The notes below the pieces were generated by a model. It worked only from the letters and a program-made list of their open reading frames with translations. It was not told where the DNA came from and made no database searches. The position numbers and the translations under genes were made by a program. From IMG/VR virus record IMGVR_UViG_3300035182_001904: 64,000 nucleotides of DNA, one strand, 5' to 3'. Shown here in pieces: positions 44,540 to 54,526 of this stretch (the first letter of the stretch is position 1; each line of letters starts with the position of its first letter). The stretch is from a virus.

Positions 44540-44796
44540 GCGACGACAACCCGAACGTCATCGTACGCAACGCCGACGGAACGGCGCGCCCGATCTCCCT
44601 CGAGCCCACGCAGCTCGACGTCTTGGCGAACCTGCAGGCCATCAACTCGCTGGTGCCTACGAAGTTCGACAACATCGCGCTCTCGTATACCGGCGGAGAT
44701 CTCACCCAAGTGGTGTACAAGCTGGGTCTGGCCGTCGTCTCGACGCTCACGCTCACGTACGCTGGCGGCAACCTCACCTCGGTGGTCAAGACCTAG
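44536..44796 (+). CDS. Hypothetical virion protein
   Basis: FDNIALSYTGGDLTQVVYK...LTLTYAGGNLTSVVK. Confidence 0.65.
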   Translation: MSDDNPNVIVRNADGTARPISLEPTQLDVLANLQAINSLVPTKFDNIALSYTGGDLTQVVYKLGLAVVSTLTLTYAGGNLTSVVKT

Positions 44797-44798
44797 CC

Positions 44799-47210
44799 AT
44801 GGCGATCAAGTTCATCTTCAACCCGCTCACCGGAAAGTTCGACGCCGTCAACGTCGCGCCCGGTCTGCCAGGTCCTGCGGGCATCGAAGGCCCCGAAGGT
44901 GACGAAGGGCCTCAAGGTCCACCCGGTCTCCAAGGCACCACGGGTGATGCAGGTCCTCGCGGGCCTGCCGTCTTTCTCACCGCCGAAGACGGTGAACCCG
45001 GAGACGTCGGTCCGCCAGGCGCGCCAGGCGCGCAGGGCACCACGGGTGACGTCGGGCCTGTCGGTCCGGCGGTGTTTCTCGTCGGCGAAGACGGTCAAGA
45101 CGGCGACCTTGGTCCGCAGGGTCCACCGGGCGTCCAGGGTATCCAAGGCCCGCTCGGCCCCACCGGCGCACAAGGCGTTGCCACGTTTCTCGAGGCCGAG
45201 CGTGGTGAAGATGGCGACGTCGGTCCGCCCGGCGCTCCCGGGCCACAAGGCACCACCGGATCGCAGGGGCCCCAAGGCGCCGCGATCTTCCTGGCCGCCG
45301 AGCGTGGTGACGACGGCGAGATCGGACCGATGGGACCGCAGGGCCTTCCGGGCTCGAGTGGCCCACAGGGCGTCGCCACGTTCCTCGTCGGCGAAGATGG
45401 GCAAGACGGTGACATCGGACCGCAGGGCGCGCAGGGTGTTCAAGGCACGACGGGCGCGGTGGGTCCGCAGGGTCTTCCGATCTTCCTCGTCGGCGAAGAC
45501 GGTCAAGACGGTGGCGATGGACCGCAAGGTCCTGCAGGCCCGCAGGGCACCACAGGTTCGGTCGGTCCACAAGGCGTCGCAACGTTCCTCGAAGCCGAGC
45601 GTGGTGATGACGGTGAGATCGGACCTCCGGGTCCGCAAGGCGTCACCGGCGCACAAGGGCCGCAGGGCGCCGCGATCTTTCTCGAGGCGGAGCGTGGTGA
45701 CGACGGTGACGTAGGCCCGATGGGGCCCGCGGGTCCGCAGGGCACGACGGGCTCGAGCGGTCCGCAGGGCCTGCCCATCTTCCTCGTCGGCGAAGACGGC
45801 CAAGATGGTGGCGATGGTCCGCAGGGGCCGCAGGGTCTTCCAGGCGCCACCGGCGGGACAGGACCGCAAGGCGTCGCCACGTTCCTCGTGGGCGAAGACG
45901 GCGCCGACGGTGAGATCGGTCCACAAGGTCCGCAAGGTCCCACCGGCTCACAGGGACCCCAGGGTGTCGCCACGTTCCTCGATGCTGAGCGTGGTGAAGA
46001 CGGCGAGCCGGGTGCACCCGGTGCCGCAGGGCCGCAGGGCGTCACCGGCAACGTGGGTCCGCAGGGCCTGCCCATCTTCCTCGTCGGCGAAGACGGGCAA
46101 GACGGCGGCGATGGTCCGCAAGGTGCGCAGGGCCTGCAGGGTGCGACCGGCAGCGCAGGCGCGGTTGGGCCTGCGGTCTTCCTCGCAGCCGAGGACGGTC
46201 AAGACGGCGAGCCCGGCGCTCCGGGTGCAACCGGGCTCACCGGCGCAACTGGCGCAACAGGTCCCCAGGGCCTGCCGATCTTTCTCGTCGGCGAGGATGG
46301 GCAAGACGGCGACCTCGGTCCGCAAGGTGCGCAGGGCATCCAAGGCACCACGGGTGCGTCGGGACCCCAGGGCGTCGCCACGTTCCTCGTCGGCGACGAC
46401 GGTGCGGATGGCGACTCCGGTCCGCAAGGCCCTCCGGGTCCACAAGGCGCGACCGGCGACACCGGCGGGATCGGCCCTGCGGTCTTTCTCGTCGGTGAAG
46501 ACGGTCAAGAAGGCATCCAAGGACCTCCCGGTCCGATCGGACCGCAGGGCGCCGCAGGCGCGCCCGCGCAGACCGGCGTGGCCGCCTACGGAGAGATGGT
46601 CAACGCTGCGTCGGCCGTCACGACGATGACGCTCGCGAGCACGTTCTACCAGATCTCGACGGGGTGGACGGCGGGTGACAACAACGGCTTCACGTTCAGC
46701 ACGGACACGCTGGTCGCAGGCATCGCCGGGACGTACCTGACGATCTGCACGTTGTCGTTGTCGTGCGACGCGAACAACCAAGACCTCACCTTCCAGCTCT
46801 ACAAGAACGGCAGCCCGATCGCCACGCACGTGGCCCAGCACACCTCCACAACCCCCGAGGTTGGGACGGTCACGGTGTCGGGCGTGGTCCAAGGCGTCGC
46901 ACCAGGTGACACCTTCGATGTCCGGGTCTCGAACGCGACCGGGCCCGGTCACACCATCACCGTCTACTACGCCAACTACGTGTTGACCGCGGTCTCGGGC
47001 GCGGCGGGCGCTCCCGGGCCTGCCATCTTCCTCACCAGCGATGGTGAAGACGGCCAAGACGGACCGCCGGGACGCCAGGGCGTGGACGGCGCGCGCGGTG
47101 TCGATGGCGCCCCTGGGCCACCTGGACAAGATGGTGACTCAGGTGACACGGAGTACGTGGCGCCGACACGTCGTCCGAACTACGGCTTCCTCTTCTTCAT
47201 GGCGGGATAA
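44799..47210 (+). CDS. Collagen-like fibre with about 34-aa interrupted repeats and a BclA/C1q-like domain
   Basis: 16 tandem units of Gly-X-Y triplets broken by xFLx; jelly-roll-like domain ([10 protein letters not shown]...FQLYKNG...[13 protein letters not shown]). Confidence 0.85.
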   Translation: MAIKFIFNPLTGKFDAVNVAPGLPGPAGIEGPEGDEGPQGPPGLQGTTGDAGPRGPAVFLTAEDGEPGDVGPPGAPGAQGTTGDVGPVGPAVFLVGEDGQDGDLGPQGPPGVQGIQGPLGPTGAQGVATFLEAERGEDGDVGPPGAPGPQGTTGSQGPQGAAIFLAAERGDDGEIGPMGPQGLPGSSGPQGVATFLVGEDGQDGDIGPQGAQGVQGTTGAVGPQGLPIFLVGEDGQDGGDGPQGPAGPQGTTGSVGPQGVATFLEAERGDDGEIGPPGPQGVTGAQGPQGAAIFLEAERGDDGDVGPMGPAGPQGTTGSSGPQGLPIFLVGEDGQDGGDGPQGPQGLPGATGGTGPQGVATFLVGEDGADGEIGPQGPQGPTGSQGPQGVATFLDAERGEDGEPGAPGAAGPQGVTGNVGPQGLPIFLVGEDGQDGGDGPQGAQGLQGATGSAGAVGPAVFLAAEDGQDGEPGAPGATGLTGATGATGPQGLPIFLVGEDGQDGDLGPQGAQGIQGTTGASGPQGVATFLVGDDGADGDSGPQGPPGPQGATGDTGGIGPAVFLVGEDGQEGIQGPPGPIGPQGAAGAPAQTGVAAYGEMVNAASAVTTMTLASTFYQISTGWTAGDNNGFTFSTDTLVAGIAGTYLTICTLSLSCDANNQDLTFQLYKNGSPIATHVAQHTSTTPEVGTVTVSGVVQGVAPGDTFDVRVSNATGPGHTITVYYANYVLTAVSGAAGAPGPAIFLTSDGEDGQDGPPGRQGVDGARGVDGAPGPPGQDGDSGDTEYVAPTRRPNYGFLFFMAG

Positions 47211-50200
47211 ATGTTGACACTGGCCGGCGGAGAGACGATCGCAGGCGTTGCAGGCGTTGGTGCAACCATCACGTATACCTTGGCAGGTGCCGAGGTTACG
47301 CAAGGCGAACCGACGTACAAGACACTCGCTCAAGGTCAGTTGAGCAATGTTGCTGCGACGGTCTACACCGCACCCGCATATCCAAACGCGACATTGGTCA
47401 AGTCGATTCATCTAGCCAACACGGCAGGTATCGACATTGCGGGCGTGGTGGTCTTTCTCAACGGAACCGCTGCGATCAACCAGATCACGGGTAACTTCAC
47501 TATCCCGGGCAACGGTTGGGCAATCGTCGATTCCGATGGATGGAAGGTCTACGACTCCACAGGCGGTCTCAAGACCACCGGCAGCATCGGACCAACAGGG
47601 CCGTCCGGTGGGGTTGGTCCTGCCGTCTTCCTCGTTGGCGAAGACGGACAGGACGGTGGTGACGGCCCACAGGGTCCACAAGGTCTTCAGGGCACCACGG
47701 GCGCACAGGGGCCGCAGGGCGCGCCCGTCTTCCTCGTCGGTGACGATGGTCAAGACGGTGGCGAAGGTCCACAGGGACCCGCGGGCACGCCGGGCACGCC
47801 GGGCACCACAGGTGCGCAGGGGCCACAAGGCGCCGCGATCTTCCTCGACGCAGAACCAGGGGCCGATGGCGAGCCCGGACCGCAAGGCATCCAAGGTCTC
47901 ACCGGCTCGAGTGGACCGCAGGGTCCCGCCACGTTCCTCGTCGGCGAGGATGGTCAAGACGGTGACCTCGGTCCGATGGGGCCGCAAGGTATCCAGGGCA
48001 CCACAGGCGCGTCAGGCCCTCAGGGCGTCGCCACGTTCCTCGTCGGCGAAGACGGCCAAGACGGTGACCTTGGTCCGCAAGGTCCGCAGGGTGTTCAAGG
48101 CGCCACCGGCGGGACAGGCCCGCAGGGTGTCGCCACGTTCCTCGTCGGCGAAGACGGTGCGGATGGTGAACCCGGCAAGCCGGGTGATCCAGGACCACAG
48201 GGTACGACCGGCGCGATCGGCCCTCAGGGTGTGGCCGTCTTTCTCGAGGCCGAGCCGGGCAACGACGGTGACCCAGGGCCGCCTGGCGTTGCGGGCACCG
48301 CGGGCGCTGCCGGGTCCACAGGTGCACAAGGGCCTCAAGGCGCCGCCACGTTTCTCGTGGGCGAAGATGGTGCGGACGGCGAGCCCGGCAAGCCCGGCGA
48401 CGTGGGACCACAGGGCGTGGCAGGGGCGACAGGTAGCATCGGACCCCAGGGCGTTGCGACGTTCCTTGTCGGTGAGGACGGACAAGACGGCGAGCCCGGC
48501 AAGCCCGGTGATGCTGGACCGCAGGGCGCGACCGGCGCGACGGGTGGCATCGGACCGCAGGGTGTCGCGACATTTCTCGTGGGCGAAGATGGCCCCGACG
48601 GTGATCCCGGACCGCCCGGAGCTGCGGGACCTCCCGGCGCCACCGGCACGACAGGCGCGCAAGGCCCGCAAGGATTCATCTTCCTCACCGATGCGGATCG
48701 TGGCGATGACGGCGGTGTGGGGCCTCCGGGTGCCGCGGGAACGTCTGGCAATGCGGGTGCGCAGGGAGCGCCGGGTGTCGCCACGTTCCTCGTAGGTGAG
48801 GATGGGGCCGATGGGGAGGTCGGTCCGCAAGGTCAGCAAGGGTCCACCGGCTCACCGGGGCCCGCGGGACCTGCGGGACCTGCGGTCATCTTCATCGGCG
48901 ATGAAGCGGACAACTCGACGCTCGATCCGATCGCGCTGCCGCAGAACGCCATCGCGTCACGCCTGGTCTACGACGTGGTGGCCGAGTTCGATGCCCGCGA
49001 TGACCTTGTCACCGTGTTCGATGGTGCCATCACCACCGGCACCGCGACGCTCGTGTGTGCCACGAGCACACCATTCACCGCACAAGACATCGGCAAGCGC
49101 ATCACGGTGGCGCGTGCAGGCGCGTCCGCAGGGCAGCTCACCACGACTATCTCGGCGTTCACGTCCTCGAGCACGGTGACGCTCGCGGCCAACGCAGGCA
49201 CGACTGCATCGGCCGCAGGCACTTCGTTCGGCACGGACAACACCACCGCCATCCAGAACGCGATCAACGCCGCGCAGACGGCCAAGGGCGGCATCGTCTA
49301 CTTCCCCGTGGTCAACAAGGGGCGCTACGGCGTCACCGCAGGCCTCACGGTTACGGCCAACGCGGTCCACCTCATGGGACCGTCGGGTTCGTACACCACG
49401 GACATCGGTGACTACACGCGCCAGGGCGGCGCCCACATCTGTTGGTGGGGCACGTCGAACGGTTCGTTCACATCACCCTTGCTCCAAATCACCGCGGTCT
49501 CTGGTGCGAGCAACGCCGCCAACACGGGCTCGATCATCGAGGGCCTCACCCTCGATTGCCGCAACGGTGATCAGAACAACGCGCTGATCGGTCTTCAACT
49601 GCTGTCTTGTCACGGCGGGCACTGGCATGACTTCTTCGTGAACGATGCGCTCGCGGTGGGCATCGACATGAACGTCGTGGCCACGCTCGGTGAAGCCCGC
49701 GACTGCACGCGTTTCAAGATGGAGCGGTTCTGTGTCCGCATGCTCGACAACCCGCCGAGTCCGGTGACCACGGCCATCTTGATGACAAGTGCCGTGACGC
49801 TCTCGGCGACGCCACAGAGCTTGACCGTCGCTGCCAACACGCTACCGACCGCGGGCTACGTCTGGGTCGAGACGAACATGGGCTACCCCGTGCTCGTGAA
49901 CTACACGGGTGGCGGCGGCACGGTGACTCTCACGGGCTGCACGATCTCGGCAGGCGAAGCCATCAACGTACCGGCCACCGTCAACGGCTCGAACGTCGTG
50001 CAAGCCGTGCCGGGCAACGGCACGTGTATCCGCATGGACGGCGACACGACGGCGAACACGTGTTGCGCGAACATCGAGATGTTCCAGTTCTCGCACGGCA
50101 CGACGTGGGGCCCCGCTGCGATGGAGTTCCGCAACTCCGACAGCGTCCTGACCATCAACGCGATGATCAACGGCGGCAGCATCACGGCCGATGGCGCGAT

Positions 50201-50978
50201 CAACCGGGTGCGCAAGCCGGGCGTGCGGCTCAACGGTTCGAACTCGAGCGCAACGCTTGCTGCCCGTAACAATCAGTTCAACGGGGGTTCTGCGGGCCTT
50301 GGCGGTGTCGATGTGATGGGCGTGCTCAACAGCGGCACGCGACTGCTCGCGATGTCGCAGCCGCATTACTGGGACTATTACCAGTTGGGCAACGGCGAAG
50401 CGATTCCGGTGACAGAGGGTGGCGTGTACTTCGAGTGGACTCCCAACGGAGGCCTCGTCATGCACGCATCGACCTCTGTTGCTGACCAGGCCATCTCAGC
50501 TGCGACGCTCACCTTGTTTACCGGGTCATTGATCACGGTGCCTCCACAAGGCTTTCAAGTCGGCACGGTTTTACGTTGGACGATCCGCGGGGCGTCGGCC
50601 GCCGTGGGCACTGCCACCAACTCCATCACCATCCGCATCGGCACCGCGGGCACGACAGGTGATGGCGTGGTTGCGACGTTTACGACCACGGCAGGCCTGG
50701 CTACCGTCGCTGAATTCAGCATCGTCATCACGTTCACCATTCGCACATTGGGCGCAGCAGCGACCGCGATCGCCGATTGCTCGATCTTGAGCACCACAAC
50801 GGCAGGTGCCGCCGGCGGCCTCATCGGACAGATCGTCAACATGCTCACCGGCACGATGGCGACCTGGAACAGCACCACCGCGCAGCAGTTCATCAGCGTC
50901 AACATCACCACTGGCGCTTCGAAGACCCTCACGATTCGGCAGACCATCGCTGAAATCATCAATCCCGCGAACCCGTAG
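47211..50978 (+). CDS. Collagen-like tail fibre/tailspike with a pectin-lyase-like beta-helix domain
   Basis: About 12-13 interrupted collagen units; TDNTTAIQNAINAAQTAKGGIVYFP starts a beta-helix region. Confidence 0.85.
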   Translation: MLTLAGGETIAGVAGVGATITYTLAGAEVTQGEPTYKTLAQGQLSNVAATVYTAPAYPNATLVKSIHLANTAGIDIAGVVVFLNGTAAINQITGNFTIPGNGWAIVDSDGWKVYDSTGGLKTTGSIGPTGPSGGVGPAVFLVGEDGQDGGDGPQGPQGLQGTTGAQGPQGAPVFLVGDDGQDGGEGPQGPAGTPGTPGTTGAQGPQGAAIFLDAEPGADGEPGPQGIQGLTGSSGPQGPATFLVGEDGQDGDLGPMGPQGIQGTTGASGPQGVATFLVGEDGQDGDLGPQGPQGVQGATGGTGPQGVATFLVGEDGADGEPGKPGDPGPQGTTGAIGPQGVAVFLEAEPGNDGDPGPPGVAGTAGAAGSTGAQGPQGAATFLVGEDGADGEPGKPGDVGPQGVAGATGSIGPQGVATFLVGEDGQDGEPGKPGDAGPQGATGATGGIGPQGVATFLVGEDGPDGDPGPPGAAGPPGATGTTGAQGPQGFIFLTDADRGDDGGVGPPGAAGTSGNAGAQGAPGVATFLVGEDGADGEVGPQGQQGSTGSPGPAGPAGPAVIFIGDEADNSTLDPIALPQNAIASRLVYDVVAEFDARDDLVTVFDGAITTGTATLVCATSTPFTAQDIGKRITVARAGASAGQLTTTISAFTSSSTVTLAANAGTTASAAGTSFGTDNTTAIQNAINAAQTAKGGIVYFPVVNKGRYGVTAGLTVTANAVHLMGPSGSYTTDIGDYTRQGGAHICWWGTSNGSFTSPLLQITAVSGASNAANTGSIIEGLTLDCRNGDQNNALIGLQLLSCHGGHWHDFFVNDALAVGIDMNVVATLGEARDCTRFKMERFCVRMLDNPPSPVTTAILMTSAVTLSATPQSLTVAANTLPTAGYVWVETNMGYPVLVNYTGGGGTVTLTGCTISAGEAINVPATVNGSNVVQAVPGNGTCIRMDGDTTANTCCANIEMFQFSHGTTWGPAAMEFRNSDSVLTINAMINGGSITADGAINRVRKPGVRLNGSNSSATLAARNNQFNGGSAGLGGVDVMGVLNSGTRLLAMSQPHYWDYYQLGNGEAIPVTEGGVYFEWTPNGGLVMHASTSVADQAISAATLTLFTGSLITVPPQGFQVGTVLRWTIRGASAAVGTATNSITIRIGTAGTTGDGVVATFTTTAGLATVAEFSIVITFTIRTLGAAATAIADCSILSTTTAGAAGGLIGQIVNMLTGTMATWNSTTAQQFISVNITTGASKTLTIRQTIAEIINPANP

Positions 50979-50986
50979 AGGACCCC

Positions 50987-51259
50987 ATGACCGCACGTGC
51001 CTTGGTGACCCGTCTTAGCGATGAACGTATGACCGACAACGGCTTCCACGTGTTCGCGCACTTCATCGTCTTCGACCCAGAGATCTACCCGGGACAAGGG
51101 GGCGTGGTCAGCGCGGTCGAAGTGCTCCTCGACCCCACCGCCCTGTCGAACGCGGCATGGCAGGCGGCGATCCAGAGCGCGGTCGTGGCTGCCGCTGCCG
51201 TGATGCCCGCTCCATTCACGGTCCAGGCTGCTGACGTGGCCGTTTCCGTCTTCGTGTAG
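50987..51259 (+). CDS. Hypothetical protein (possible fibre chaperone)
   Basis: Small ORF directly after the fibre gene; GAGG RBS. Confidence 0.55.
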   Translation: MTARALVTRLSDERMTDNGFHVFAHFIVFDPEIYPGQGGVVSAVEVLLDPTALSNAAWQAAIQSAVVAAAAVMPAPFTVQAADVAVSVFV

Positions 51260-51276
51260 TTTCTGAACTTCGATCC

Positions 51277-51285
51277 CCTATAATT
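51277..51285 (+). promoter_or_regulatory. Putative late promoter CCTATAATT
   Basis: Exact motif, followed by a GGAGG RBS and the ATG at 51302. Confidence 0.6.
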
Positions 51286-51301
51286 CTCGGGAGGCAAAGC
51301 C

Positions 51302-51673
51302 ATGGCGTCCAACAAGATTTTCCGCTTCGGTCCGATCGCGCTCACCAACGTCACCACGACCAACCTGCTGAACCCGGCAGCGGCGTCAGGTGGCGTGAAC
51401 GCAGGCGCGGCCGCGCAGTACGTCGTCCTGCGCCACATCCGCGTCGTGAACAAGACCGCGGGCGCGGTCACCGTCTCGCTGTGGGTCGGCGCGACCGGCG
51501 CGAACGCGGCCGGCACCGAGTTCGCCTTCCAGGCCGTCTCGGTCCCGGCGAACAGCTACGTGGACTGGTACGGCGTGCTTCGCCTCGATGCGACGGACTT
51601 CCTCGTCGGCGGCGCCAGCGCGAACACCGCGCTGTCCATCGACGGCGAAGGCGAAGTCGGCGTCTCGGGCTAG
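51302..51673 (+). CDS. Hypothetical virion protein
   Basis: LRHIRVVNKTAGAVTVSLWVG...VSVPAN, resembling the N-terminal domain of 47211-50978. Confidence 0.65.
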   Translation: MASNKIFRFGPIALTNVTTTNLLNPAAASGGVNAGAAAQYVVLRHIRVVNKTAGAVTVSLWVGATGANAAGTEFAFQAVSVPANSYVDWYGVLRLDATDFLVGGASANTALSIDGEGEVGVSG

Positions 51674-51679
51674 TAGCTC

Positions 51680-51886
51680 GTGACGTTCCAGGTCGCGTTC
51701 GAGGCTCCAGACGGGGCCCGGCGCGACTTTTCCTCCCCCATCCCCTGGATTCCAGGTACGGCCGTTGTTGCCATCAACGGCCGTACTCGTTCTGTAGGCT
51801 GGACCGAGACCAGCGCCTCCTCCGTGCGCATCGACGACCCGCCAGGCTTTGGCGACGTCGTTGCGTTCTGGGTCCGCCTACAATAG
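51680..51886 (+). CDS. Small virion protein
   Basis: PGT..VAING......WTE.....I..PP..GD.V, similar to the next gene. Confidence 0.55.
   Translation: MTFQVAFEAPDGARRDFSSPIPWIPGTAVVAINGRTRSVGWTETSASSVRIDDPPGFGDVVAFWVRLQ
51877..51884 (+). promoter_or_regulatory. Putative late promoter CCTACAAT
   Basis: TACAAT lies 6 nt before the ATG at 51891. Confidence 0.5.
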
Positions 51887-51890
51887 AGCC

Positions 51891-52355
51891 ATGGCCAACG
51901 CTCGCATCGTCCTTGCGCAGGGCGTGATCGACGGCTCGAACCGGGTCTTCGGAACGGGCGTGCCCTACGTGGCGGGCTCGACGGCGTACATCCTCAACGG
52001 GCGCATCCACAGCCCGTCGATCGCACGCGGCCCCGACAACGACTACGGCTACAGCGAGCTGGATCCCGCATCGGGGACGATCGAGGTCGACAACGCGCCC
52101 GTGGATGGCGACGTCGTGCAGATCTTTTTTTGGGACCGCATGGTCCAGCCGGTCTCGCCGGTCGCGCAGCTCACGGGCATCGTTCGCAGCACCACGCCGC
52201 TCGTGGGCGTCGCACGCGAGCCCCAGACCACACGCCTCTCGGGCATCGTGCGCTCAAGCAAGCTCACCGGCGTGGTGCGAGAGCCCGGCGCAGCACGGCT
52301 CGCCGGCGTGATACGAAGCCAACGGATCGTGGGAACGATCAAGGAGCGTTGCTGA
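51891..52355 (+). CDS. Virion structural protein
   Basis: GVIDGSNRVF...YVAGS...LNG...DYGYSE...NAPVDGDVV; short C-terminal repeats. Confidence 0.65.
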   Translation: MANARIVLAQGVIDGSNRVFGTGVPYVAGSTAYILNGRIHSPSIARGPDNDYGYSELDPASGTIEVDNAPVDGDVVQIFFWDRMVQPVSPVAQLTGIVRSTTPLVGVAREPQTTRLSGIVRSSKLTGVVREPGAARLAGVIRSQRIVGTIKERC

Positions 52356-53002
52356 TGTCGAACCGTATCTCGTTGACCCGTGGCACCACCAAAAAACTGA
52401 GCATCGACCTCGTGGACGAGAACGGCGAGCCCATCCCGCTGGCTGCGCTCGTGGACGCCACGGCGCAGTTCTTGATGAGGAACCAGCCCGAGGATGTCAG
52501 CAACGTCCTGAAGTTCACGACGGCGCTCAACCCCGACAACCTCGCCTTCGAGCAGAACCTGCCGGTGCTCGACCTGACGTTCCTGCCCACGGACACGGCC
52601 GCCCTGCCCCTGCAGCTCTACTTCTACCAGGTGCAGCTCACGCGTGGCGCTGACACGGTGGACGTCATCGAGTGGGATCTGCTCGACCTGAACCTCGGCG
52701 GCGCCGCAGTGCCGACGCCCCCACCGTTCACGAACACGGTGGCGATCTCGGCGGACTACCCGCTGCCCGGCGACATGGCGTACATGACGCCCGGCGGCAG
52801 CCCGATCGAGAACGCGCAGGTGCGGGTCTACTACAAGAGCGACTACGACGTCGGGAACCTCGCGAGCCCGGTGGGCATCACGACGACGAACGCGGCCGGC
52901 AAGTGGGTGAACCCGATCCTGGTGCTGCCCGGATTCACCTACGTTGCGCGGGTCGAAAAGCCGGGTGAGTTCGGTCCGGACAAGCTCGAGTTCTTCGCCT
53001 AG
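52355..53002 (+). CDS. Baseplate-upper (BppU-like) + Ig/transthyretin-like domain protein
   Basis: ISLTRGTT..L.IDLVDENGEPI.L...; GSPIENAQVRVY...TTTNAAGKW. Confidence 0.6.
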   Translation: MSNRISLTRGTTKKLSIDLVDENGEPIPLAALVDATAQFLMRNQPEDVSNVLKFTTALNPDNLAFEQNLPVLDLTFLPTDTAALPLQLYFYQVQLTRGADTVDVIEWDLLDLNLGGAAVPTPPPFTNTVAISADYPLPGDMAYMTPGGSPIENAQVRVYYKSDYDVGNLASPVGITTTNAAGKWVNPILVLPGFTYVARVEKPGEFGPDKLEFFA

Positions 53003-53271
53003 ATGTCCAACGCACATTGGTGCATGCAATCACTGCAGCACTTGCACCGCTGCGTGCTGTCATTGTGGATGTCCGCCGCGTACGGACAGTTTCCGATCCG
53101 AGCGTCCGTGTGCCCGCAGTCTTTGCTGATAGCGGGATGCATGCACGCGAAGCACGTCACCACAGATCCTGCCTCTGCGGTTGCCCACGCGCTGTGGTAG
53201 CTGCCGCACATCGTCCCGCGGTTGTCGAGGACCTCGTGAACGAGGCCTTTGTCATCGATGACGTAGCTCAC
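52999..53271 (-). CDS. HC3 zinc-motif family protein with a Cys-rich tail
   Basis: DDKGLVH..TMCG..VTCFAC. Confidence 0.7.
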   Translation of the reverse strand: MSYVIDDKGLVHEVLDNRGTMCGSYHSAWATAEAGSVVTCFACMHPAISKDCGHTDARIGNCPYAADIHNDSTQRCKCCSDCMHQCALDI

Positions 53272-53600
53272 ACAAACTCCTTTGCGATGCACAGCAGGCA
53301 CGTCACCATCCGCGGTGAATCATCCGGCTTGCGTTGGATCATCCAGTGCTGCCAAGTGTGTGTGATGCCGTGCTCGTCGGTCCACGACGACGGCACGACG
53401 CCCTTCACACGCCACCAGTTCGGGTGCAACCCGGTCCGACGGATGGCTTCGGTGCCCAGGGCCTCGACTTTGGCGTGGATCAGGCTTTGGTAGCGTCCTC
53501 CGACGCCATCGAACGCCTTCTCAAGTTTGACGCAACGTTCGAACTCACGCAAGAGGTTCTCGAGATCCCACTTCGTCAGGTCTTCAGGTACGAGGCTCAT
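53268..53600 (-). CDS. HC3 zinc-motif family protein (middle Cys lost)
   Basis: DEHGITH..VTCLLCIA. Confidence 0.65.
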   Translation of the reverse strand: MSLVPEDLTKWDLENLLREFERCVKLEKAFDGVGGRYQSLIHAKVEALGTEAIRRTGLHPNWWRVKGVVPSSWTDEHGITHTWQHWMIQRKPDDSPRMVTCLLCIAKEFV

Positions 53601-53806
53601 CGGTATTCCTTCATGGCTGCGAGACACGGGATGCAGGTGATAAGCAGGTACTCGTCGTAGGCTAGTTCCCACGGCACGTAGATGTCGCAGAACGTTCGGA
53701 CGTAGTTGCCCAGCGGACGCACAGCGTGCATGAGGCCGTAGTACTCGAAGCGCGAGCACAACACCCGCCGATGGACCGATGTCCCGCTCCGCGGATCATC
53801 AATCAT
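53597..53806 (-). CDS. HC3 zinc-motif family protein
   Basis: YGLMH..TFCD..ITCIPC. Confidence 0.7.
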   Translation of the reverse strand: MIDDPRSGTSVHRRVLCSRFEYYGLMHAVRPLGNYVRTFCDIYVPWELAYDEYLLITCIPCLAAMKEYR

Positions 53807-53990
53807 CGTCCCTCCGGTACCCAAGGCACATGATGCACGTCGCGAATCGGTCCACCCCCATCACGCGGAACAGGCTCTTGCCCTGATGTACGAACCCTCG
53901 GCTGGTGCAGAGGGTGTATGAGTCCCAGCTGCCGTCGTCAGGGCCGAGATGTACGATGCCCGCCTTGTCGCTCCAGAGCGTTGTCGGCAT
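53799..53990 (-). CDS. HC3 zinc-motif family protein
   Basis: DKAGIVH..TLC..ATCIMC. Confidence 0.7.
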   Translation of the reverse strand: MPTTLWSDKAGIVHLGPDDGSWDSYTLCTSRGFVHQGKSLFRVMGVDRFATCIMCLGYRRDDD

Positions 53991-54095
53991 GTTGACCTCG
54001 GTCCCGATGGAACCACGTCAGCGGTTGGTAACCGGGCCACGTCAGACTGATGCACGGACGGCCTCGCTGTGCACCGCATGTTGTACATGCACTAT

Positions 54096-54302
54096 TCAGG
54101 GATTCTGCCACGAACCCTCCGGGATCATGAACACCATCTGTGCATCCGCTGCGATGCACTCGAAACACGTCGGAATCTTGTTCGTCTCCCGTGTCTGTGG
54201 CGAACGGTAGAGTCCGTTGCACGCCATCACATAAGACCCATCGAGCAGGATGTGCACGAGGCCGTGCCTGTCGGTCCAGTAGTACGCGTGGGCAGGAATC
54301 AC
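54096..54302 (-). CDS. HC3 zinc-motif family protein
   Basis: DRHGLVH..MACN..PTCFEC. Confidence 0.7.
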   Translation of the reverse strand: MIPAHAYYWTDRHGLVHILLDGSYVMACNGLYRSPQTRETNKIPTCFECIAADAQMVFMIPEGSWQNP

Positions 54303-54526
54303 GGTTGCCTCGTGGGCTCGATCGCTGCGATGCACTGCAGGCATGTGGGAATGTGGCGGGTCTCACGGCTCATCTGCGTCTCCGCCTTGACGTAAGACTG
54401 TCCACATCTCGAGGCCCACCAACCGGCATACGGATGATCGAACGTGTTCCGCGACGCGATGTGAACGAGGCCGTCAGGGCCCATGCGGCGCTCGGAGTAC
54501 CCGATGATCGACGCTCCCCATGTCAT
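54299..54526 (-). CDS. HC3 zinc-motif family protein
   Basis: PDGLVH..SRCG..PTCLQC. Confidence 0.7.
   Translation of the reverse strand: MTWGASIIGYSERRMGPDGLVHIASRNTFDHPYAGWWASRCGQSYVKAETQMSRETRHIPTCLQCIAAIEPTRQP

Noticed and set aside
45948-47129. Long antisense/alternate-frame ORFs (e.g. 45948-47129, 58952-60583, 27791-29029, 14313-15482)
   Set aside because: These are shadow ORFs of high-GC coding sequence, Arg/Ala/Pro-rich and overlapping better-supported genes.
44900-48900. CRISPR-like regularly spaced repeats
   Set aside because: The periodicity is 102-bp degenerate coding repeats in open collagen ORFs; there are no identical repeats with unique spacers and no cas genes.
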